A stretch of 55,723 bases of DNA, filler included, from Sphacelaria rigidula (Eukaryota), in NCBI GenBank assembly GCA_964200075.2. It is 4 parts of 4 records of this genome, joined end to end, with 100 filler letters (N's around TTAATTAATTAA, not from the genome) between each part and the next. Parts side by side here need not be neighbours in the genome. Positions count along the whole stretch, not along the records: positions 41,870 to 55,723 come from CAXNAA020002631.1; 3 more parts are not named here. The stretch is one strand, 5' to 3'. Below the pieces are notes generated by a model. It saw nothing but the letters and a program-made list of their open reading frames with translations, was not told the origin of the DNA and did no database searches. The first letter of the stretch is position 1, and the number at the start of each line of letters is the position of its first letter. Position numbers and translations under genes: made by a program. This document shows, one piece after another, positions 47,680 to 55,723 of the stretch.

Positions 47680-50160
47680 AATCGTTCCCCCTTACCATCA
47701 AAGACAGAGGAAATAATGAGAATGTGATGACGTGATAACATGCGGAATTGAGCGGGGGTTCCAATCAGGGCCGCGGTTATGCGCAAGGTGCGTCGGCATG
47801 GACGCACGGTCGAAAGGCCAAGTCGCCTCTTGCACAAGGAGGGCAATAGTAGCAGCAGCGGCAGCAGCAGCACAGTAGTATCGGTACCGACTGTTTCAGC
47901 CCCATCTCCATCCGTACATACCGCTGCTGTTGCTGCTGCTGCTGCTGTTGCTGTTGCTGTTGCTGTTCTTGCTATGGCTCGTGCGAGAAGCGGTCTGCGC
48001 TTCGACCGTGCGAAAATGCCAATGCACCTCGCGCGTGGTTGCCACCCTACTGGAAATCCCTGCCCGTACTACCCGTCGATTGGTCTATGCTTGCTCACTC
48101 GGCGAATTGCTGGGAGATGAAGCTGTGCGAGCCTCACTTTTCTCCTGTGCATCTCTGGTGTGTGGCTCCATGTGTGATCATGAACCGAACAACCCGAATG
48201 TGGCAACCATTCTACGTTGCCTTTCGCAATATTACCCGATTGTTTCTCCATTCTCATCAAAAATATGTTTCACATGAAAATGATTCAGCCGGCGTTGAGA
48301 ATAGATCATCACCCCTCAATCGACCATTACGATAAGAAGTTGAATCGTCAAAACCGGCTTCCTTCTTACAGCTTGACTTTCATTTTCTTGTCTCGGTAGG
48401 ACGGGGCCTTATCGAGACAAGAAAAAAGAGCATGGGATTGTGCGAATGAGAACGATTGCGTCTTCTGTCCCATAAGTGAGTGTTTGGGGGTTTTATAAGG
48501 CATGTTCGCCTTAGCCAAGTATGTGTACGACACCAAGTCGGTATCGTGGGATTAATAAAACATGGGCGAAGTCGATGAAAAACTCAAATCCGACCTTTGT
48601 TCTTGGTTCGAAAATAGGGTTAAAATTGACTCAAGTGTGGCCACTTCAAATCTAGGTTTTGCCAAATTCGACCTACTTTTTGCCATTTTCGTGCTGGACA
48701 TGAGTGAAAACGCGACAAAGCGGTTTTGGACGAGACGAGACTAGCCTCTGCACGAGAAGTAAGCTAAAACGAAGAGGTTTTGGCATTGTTTTTGTTTTTT
48801 TTCCAATTTTTGCGCGCTGTGACTTTGTTTGCTTCCGAACATGGGGCGGAAGACGGCCATTTTTTGGCCGACTGGAGTTTTTCGGCCGTTCGACTGTCTA
48901 GGGTGAGTGACAACTGTTGTGGTGCAAGTTGGTTCTAACTAGAGAAACGTCAAGTAATGCATCTAAAAGCAAAACGAAATCGGAGACGGCTAAGAGTCCG
49001 TGCAAACTCAAACGCCTCGACTTATAGGACAGAGGGAGTGTGACGATCAACGTTCTTACTGTATTTCATCCATCCGGCTGAGGGCTGATGCTCTTTGAAT
49101 TGATCGCCCTCGAAATCCCTCTCATGAAAAAATCATTATCATTGAACGTTTTTTGTCAGAACGGAGAAACAAACTCGATGATATTGCGAAATGTTGTTAT
49201 GACATATCCTGAACGCCCGTCTACCCCTTTTGGTATATGTGGGTGCGTCAGCCGGGGTCACACAGGAAGAAGGTCAAAACAGGATTTTATATCTTTATCT
49301 TGTGTCAGTACTCGGCCTTCCTTACGTTTTATGGTGAGAAGGGTTCAGTGGTCCCCTAATCTCGTCAACCTTGAAGTCGAATTTTGCGAACCCACGACAT
49401 AGCCGCTCTGCACTGTTGGGCATGAGGTGAGAAAATTGCCAGATCATGAGACTTCACCGAACTTCGAATCCACGACTCAACGGTCAGAAGGTTTCGAAGC
49501 TACCAACTTAGCCGCCGTGACGACAGGCGAAAGGGAGCGTACAATGGTTGCCACACGTGAGCTGTTCGACTCATAATCACACGTGGGACCACACGCCCGA
49601 GGTATACAGGAGAAAAAGGAGACGCGCACAGCTATATCTACGAGCACTTCGCCGAGTGAGCAAGCACGGACCCATCGACGGGTAAAACGGGAAGAGCTTC
49701 CCAGTAGGGCGGCAATCACGCGCAAGGTACCTCGACATTGTCGCACGGTTTAAACGCGGACCGTCTCTCGCACGAACAACGGAGGCAGCAGCGATATCGG
49801 CACCGTCTAGTTCAGCTCCACCTCCATCCGTACACAGCTGCTGGTGTGCAGCAGCGCCCCCATAAAGCCCACGCAGCCGCTGGTGTTGTGGCGGCTTCAT
49901 CAATAGCGGCAACGTCACAAGCAACTGATGTAAATGGTTTTACCATCACCCCCGCAGGAGCTCTTCCAAGTATAGTACTCGGTTACAGCACCCAGACTCC
50001 ACTGGGTGCCGCTCCTTTACCGGCTCAATTCTCCTGTGCGCGTCACGTATACTGGTCCGTTCGCATGCTGTCGAGTCATCACAGTCTCATTATATTATGT
50101 TTATTGCCGTCGATAGGCATGGCGGGTGATTTCTCGTGATAATGAGAGTGTGAACCGTCA
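47680..50160. repeat. Two diverged copies of one repeat family in inverted orientation (~47680-48408 and ~49520-50160)
   Basis: 47976-48228 is the reverse complement of 49527-49778 (gcttgctcactcggcgaa, agctgtgcg, ttttctcctgt, gtggcaaccatt). The first copy ends ggacggggcc|TTA; a similar end is at 45826-45838. Confidence 0.8.
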
Positions 50161-50616
50161 AAATCATTCTTATTGCCACAATCTCATCATCATTTTCTGC
50201 TTCCGTTAAAAAACAAGGAATTTTTTCAAATGGCGGATGGATTTGTTTTGCAGGATCACCCTCGAGAACCTTCATAAACATTGAAATATTTTCGAAAAAA
50301 AAAAGCAAGTTCACTCTCCTGTCGTAATAAGTGGCATAACTCATCGTCAATTTCAAATCCACGCAACTTGTTGAATTCCGTGTTCATTCCGAACAATTTT
50401 GGCCTTCGTTCGTTCCCATTTTTTAGAATATCCTGCCAACACGGGATTTCACGAATTGCGGATGGAGTTTGCTGGGGAGGATGAGCGAGGCTACACATCA
50501 CGACCGGAGAGTGCATTTGAATTTTTTTCGAAAATCTTTGATGCTTGCGAAGGTTTCCAAGGCTCATCCTCAGGAACAAATTCATCCCCAATAATTAGTG
50601 AAGTCCCCTGTTATGA

Positions 50617-52243
50617 GGCCTCGTCTTAAGAAGACAAAAAAATGATAATTCATGGTGATCGTGAGAATGACTCTGGCGGATCACGTGTTTTTTTTTTTCT
50701 TATTCTGCCTTTGTGATCGGTTGAGGGCTGATGGCCTATTCTCTTTGCCCCCGGAATCGCCATCTCGAAAATAAATGTAAAAGGATTGATGGTTTTGTGA
50801 GAATGGAGGAACAATGCGATGCGGATGCGGAAGGGAACGTGAAGTGGTTGCCGCGCGTGTGTTGTTCGACTCATCATGGGATACATAGCCTACTCCCTCA
50901 TTATCAGCAGTCACTACACGTGAACTACACACCTGACGTGCACAGGAGAAAGAGAGACGCGCACAGCTACATCTCTCAGTACTTCGCCGAGTGAGAAGCG
51001 TGGACCCACCGATTCGGGTAGTTCTTTTCCTCAGCGAGTCTAAGTGACCTGGCTCACCCATGCTCAGTACAGGTAATTTGCATCCCCAACTCCTAGATTG
51101 AGTAACCTTCCTGAGGTAGTCTAAGATCAAGTGACTTGCTTCACATGTATATATACAGTACATGTACATTAATTAGTTCAAGTAGTTTGCTTCAGCTAGT
51201 TTGATATCAAGTTTCAATATGAATGAGTGTGGAAATAGTTTTTTATAGGAGTTATCATAACCCCCACTGGACGATCGAAAATGCGAAAAAAAGGTAGTGT
51301 GGGCCTGGGAGTTTTTTCCATCTATCCCTGAGTATTACGGGATTTTTCGAGCTATTATTCATCTTGGTGGTATTTTGTTTTTCACGAGCCGACTCTTCAT
51401 TTTCTTGTAACTTGTTTTTCTAATTATAGGAATTCAGAACTATGTGCAGGAGATATGAGGGCATCCATGATGACCGTGTTCGTATGGTCCAAACGCACCA
51501 CAGCATAGCGAAAATCACACAACATGAAACTGGCAGGTGTAGGCCCGAAGCGCACTGCTCGTTCTGCAGAAGACACAACAGTTAGGACCCCATGGCGTGG
51601 ATAAAAGTGTGTGAACAGCACTGCGTGTCGACTACACTTTTTTTTTATCGACGGGCACACACAAGCAGTAGTACAGTACTCCAGGCAACCCTCAGCGCAG
51701 ATCAAATCGTCTTCGCAGGGTTCAAATGTCAGCTACAGCACAGCAATGGTAGGTCTGGGCATAACACGTCCTGTTCGGTACGAAGACACGAGATCCCACA
51801 AACACATCATCACATTTTTAATTTTGACAAGACAGCACTGTGTGCCGACTACGATCATTTCGTACAGAGCGAAACGCAACAACATGTACGGCTCGCCGTA
51901 GGTGTGATGCTGTGGTGTGGGTGATGCTGTGGTGCGGGTGATGTTTTGGTGTGGGTGGTCAACGATATGGGTGGGATTGTCAGATGGGTGGGATTGTCAG
52001 ATGGGTGTAGTACCCAAGATGAAACAACAACAATATATATCAGGAGGCAAAAAGAACATAAACCTGTCACCCAGTTATAGCATATTTGTCTTATTTTTGC
52101 CTCGTTCCACTTTATATAAGAACATATCCATGGTGTCCTGTCCCACAGTAAATATGATTTACTTTTGGGCGTCTGAGATCCCTGAAAACTCTGGAAAATG
52201 TTCGTTAAAAATATCCCCATAATACTTCGTCGAAGACGAGGCC
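50617..52243. mobile_element. Harbinger-like non-autonomous element (~1.6 kb), third member of the 47.7-50.2 kb family
   Basis: Perfect 11-bp TIRs ggcctcgtctt / aagacgaggcc, flanked by TGA and TAA; 50700-51015 is homologous to the two upstream copies. Confidence 0.6.
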
Positions 52244-54724
52244 TAACCTAGTACCGGTTGCCGGTTACAACCTTCACGGGTGGGTCAATCGGGTAAACTG
52301 TTTTTTTTTCAAGTCCTGGGCTTCCTGCAGTCCCGGGCCCCCAAATATATTGCTTTTTATTTTATACCTCGTGTCCTGTACCGCGCGACAACCGCAGTAC
52401 AACAATAGATGACCACCGTGCGTGACAAATGAAGCATCGATATCTTCACAAACACAGCATAATAGCACCATTATTACTACCATGATACGCCACATCTGAA
52501 GCAACAAAAAAACGTACGAAAAAACAACGTCGGCAGTCGCGGGGGTGGGACGTTATTCTAGTCCCCGGTAAATTTTGGTTATTATCGTTAGGTTACAGTA
52601 TAGATCCCTTATACCGCGAGGGTAGTCCGTGGAGGTCAGTTTGCCACTTGGTAAGGCGAAGAAATTTCCCTGAAACTCATTTTTTCGAATATCTCTTACT
52701 CTAATCCTAACCCTCAGCCAAACGAAGGAAAACCGAGAACCCTCGGGTGGGGGGCGTGCAGAGTATTCTCAAGGCAAAGTGTGCGTTGCCAGACCTCAAA
52801 TCTGCGTCGCAAGCGCCGATTTTGACAAAAGCGCACTCTGCGCACGCTAGGACCACAGTCCCCACTATAAGATCCGGATTTCGGTGTCCAGACTAAAACC
52901 AAGTCGAGCCAACTTGACCCTACCAAGTCGTAAACTCTACCGAGTCTACCTGAATCATGCATACTTTGTTCGAGTGGAATTATGACGCCGATTCGACAGA
53001 TGACCTGCTCTCGCCGTCTACAAGCTTGTCAACCCTACAAGCGTATGTGTAGATAGCGGGTCCATTCTCGCGTCACTTTTGGGAGTTGGACTCTCAACTT
53101 TGGTATGGAGAATGAACAGGGCGTAGTGGAACACGTCACTTCAGGGCATGACCATTTTTCGTTGATGAGTAAGCGGACATTTTACTGAAATGTGGATATT
53201 GATTCTTGTCTTTAACTCATATGCAGTAGACCTAAAGAAAAATGTTCGTACACAATGGTTGACAGGGATGACTACTTGATGTTAGACTTGAGAGAGTTCT
53301 GAGAAAATGTATGGTTTGGGGCAGGTGAGCAGTGGACCCAGCTCGTCCAGAACGTGTTTTTGTCGAAAGCGGCGACTGCGGCGTCGGTTTGAGGTCTGCC
53401 CACGCACACTTTGCCTCGGGAAAACTATGCGCCCTTCTTGCCCGAGGATCTCGTGCACCTTGGGTCGGGGTTAGGGTTAGTGTTAGGGTTAGTTTGTAAC
53501 ATCCATCATGTTTCCCATCAACCATTGTTCACGAAGATTTATTTCGGCCCCCTCCTCATATGGAAGATAAAATCTTCATATCCCGAAGTAATGCTTTGTA
53601 TCATGCCGTGTACACTCTCCATAAAAAGTTTGAAAATCCAACCCTCGAAATTGAGGTGAGAATGGGCGACTCAGAACCCGAGCCGGTCGGGGTTCGGAGC
53701 AGTTTTTTGCGGGCAATTTACCGGACCAGGTTTGGTACTTGTGCTTTGAAGTTATGGGAAATTGCCAGTGCATAAGGGACAAAAAAAATGGGACACGTTC
53801 GTTTTTTTTCATGAATGAGGGACGTTTTAGTATAGCCCAACTTATTTTTTCATGAGAACGTCCTCAACTCGCCAATAACAATAATGAAAGGCCCCTGTTT
53901 TTGCTCTCAGTATGCTCTTGCGGTTTTCCATACTCAATTTCAAACCACAGTCCTGAAAGTTGAGCAGAGAAACTGAGATTAGGGCCAAAATCAATGTCCA
54001 CTTTTCACTCAAGCGCCCTCAAGAGATGAACAAATAAAAGCGAAAAAAAAATCAAGAAGCTCAAGATATCTTTCTTATTATACTTTTACGGTTCTCAACA
54101 CCAAATTTCAAAGCACAACTCTCAAAACCTGAGATGTGAAATCCTGATTTATTACATGTCGTGCCTCTGCTCGTAGTATGTTGAGTTCAGTGCAGTCTTG
54201 TGTGAGGCATTCCTCTTGATAGATGACGACGTACGTGAACTTGAGAATGTCGATCGTTTCCCCGTGCTACAGGAATGTCCACACCAAAAACCGATATAGT
54301 CAAACAGAGGACCCGGGGGAATGCGGTTGAATTTTCGAGGGCTGAACCACACACGCGGTCATTCGGCTATCCCAATAGAAATCCTCTATCGCGATTTCCA
54401 TCCTCTCGAGGGTAAAATAGCCTCTAGAGAGTGTTTCATCCCCAGGTGCGGTCATAAACGAATCCTCTCGAGGGCATCTGATGCTCCGGTGACTTCTGAG
54501 GTCTGAGTTCCTCGAGAGTGACAAAAAAGATGGTGCTCTGCAGGTCCGCGCATCCTCCAAATTCCTCCGGAGCATGCGCGGCCCTTCAGAGGCAAAACAA
54601 CCCTCTGGTGGCGTTTGATGCCACCCCTCTGGAGGGCCGCGCACCCTCTGGAATGTTTAATTCCTCTGGAGGCTCCGAAACCTGCCCGGAACAGAGTATT
54701 TTGGGGGGTAGCCGAATGGTCGCG

Positions 54725-55375
54725 TATGGCACCTTCCGAAAATTCACATTTTTCCCGGAAGAGGTTTGTAAAAGCAACCGACTGAGGGTTTCATTCGTCT
54801 GTTGAAACTTCCCCTCGCTTGCCTTATCGCGCATGCTTGCCTCGGTGTCTAAAACCACATGCATCTCATTTCGTACATTTGAAACGGCTCCCATCAGGTT
54901 AGGAAGCCGCTTTGATCGGATTCCCTAATCTTTGAAGAACATGACGCCGCAGTGAGTGTAGATCCCTACGAAATTCGCGAAGGGCAGAGAGTTTCCCACC
55001 TTCAACATTTCCCATTCTTACATGTGTAATATGTTTCCGTCAATGGAGAGTTGGTTTCCCGCAACACGAACTGCAGCCCTTCCACTTCTTCTGATAAAAT
55101 ATTCCTCTTTTCTCATCCTTCGAGACGTTGGAAAAAAAAAACAGAATGCACTTTGACGACACCCGAAGGGGGCCGACGAAAGCTCCACGATCCTAAGCGT
55201 CTCATCTGTTGAGAGCTGTTTCGAATGTACGAGAGGAGATACATGTGGCTCTAGACACGGGAGCAACAATGCGCGACAAGGCAGGCTTGGAGAAGTTTCA
55301 ACAGACAGATACAATCCCCAGTTGGTTGTTTTGCAAAACTGCTCTGGGAAACATGTGAATTTTCGAAGGGTGAGT
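54725..55375. repeat. Long diverged inverted repeat, arms ~54725-54905 and ~55190-55375
   Basis: caccttccgaaaattcacat..., gtctgttgaaacttc and gtgtcta.aaccacatg.atctc...tcgtacatt.gaaac.gctc are mirrored on the right arm. Confidence 0.8.
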
Positions 55376-55723
55376 TCAGCCCCATTTAAAAATTCAACCC
55401 CATTTCCCAGGATCCTCGGCCATTCGGTGTATGTATCGTTAGGGGTTTCATGTGAACTTTAGAATGTTCTCCGTACGGTATAGGAATAACCCGACATGAC
55501 GTTGAGTAAACGAGAGAAAATGGTCCAAGCTTTTGAGCAGATAGGCATCTTCCCCTTGAAACAGCCGATTCTAAATTTTGGGGTTCAGCACAAAAATGGG
55601 GCTGAAGTCGCATTTCTCTATTGCAGGGAAGATACGAAAGAGTGACACAGAGCGAAAGTATCTCCCAAAGGGATGCGTGGTCAATGGTCAAACGACTAAG
55701 GCAAGCAACAAATGAGTACGCCC

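Overview
Eukaryotic, intron-rich, repeat-dense genomic DNA, most consistent with a brown alga or other photosynthetic stramenopile. That assignment is inferred from long GT-AG introns, a bipartite plastid-targeting N-terminus, TTAGGG-type repeats, and the FNIP and RTE-LINE families present. The scaffold has five N-gaps, three carrying a TTAATTAATTAA linker. Genes that can be supported: an intronless ~26-unit FNIP-repeat ORF (10235-12325,+); a 3-exon, probably plastid-targeted GNAT acetyltransferase (26557-21782,-); and a cyclin Y-like gene with 10 coding exons (30852-41230,+). There are also two orphan exons, one HAD/HDHD3-like and one encoding a transmembrane segment. The rest is a decayed Ty1/copia element, a decayed RTE-type LINE, a tRNA-derived SINE head and many small TIR elements with readable target-site duplications (3, 4, 5 and 8 bp, and TTAA), some of them nested. 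I found no prokaryote-type system (no cas genes, no operon) and nothing that is clearly a new biological system. The best leads are the modular FNIP array with variable positions and decayed units past its stop codon, a CRISPR-looking palindromic array inside an 8-bp-TSD transposon, an intronic 78-nt hairpin, and a possible start-codon switch controlling cyclin myristoylation. All exon structures and family calls were read by eye and need RNA-seq or HMM confirmation.
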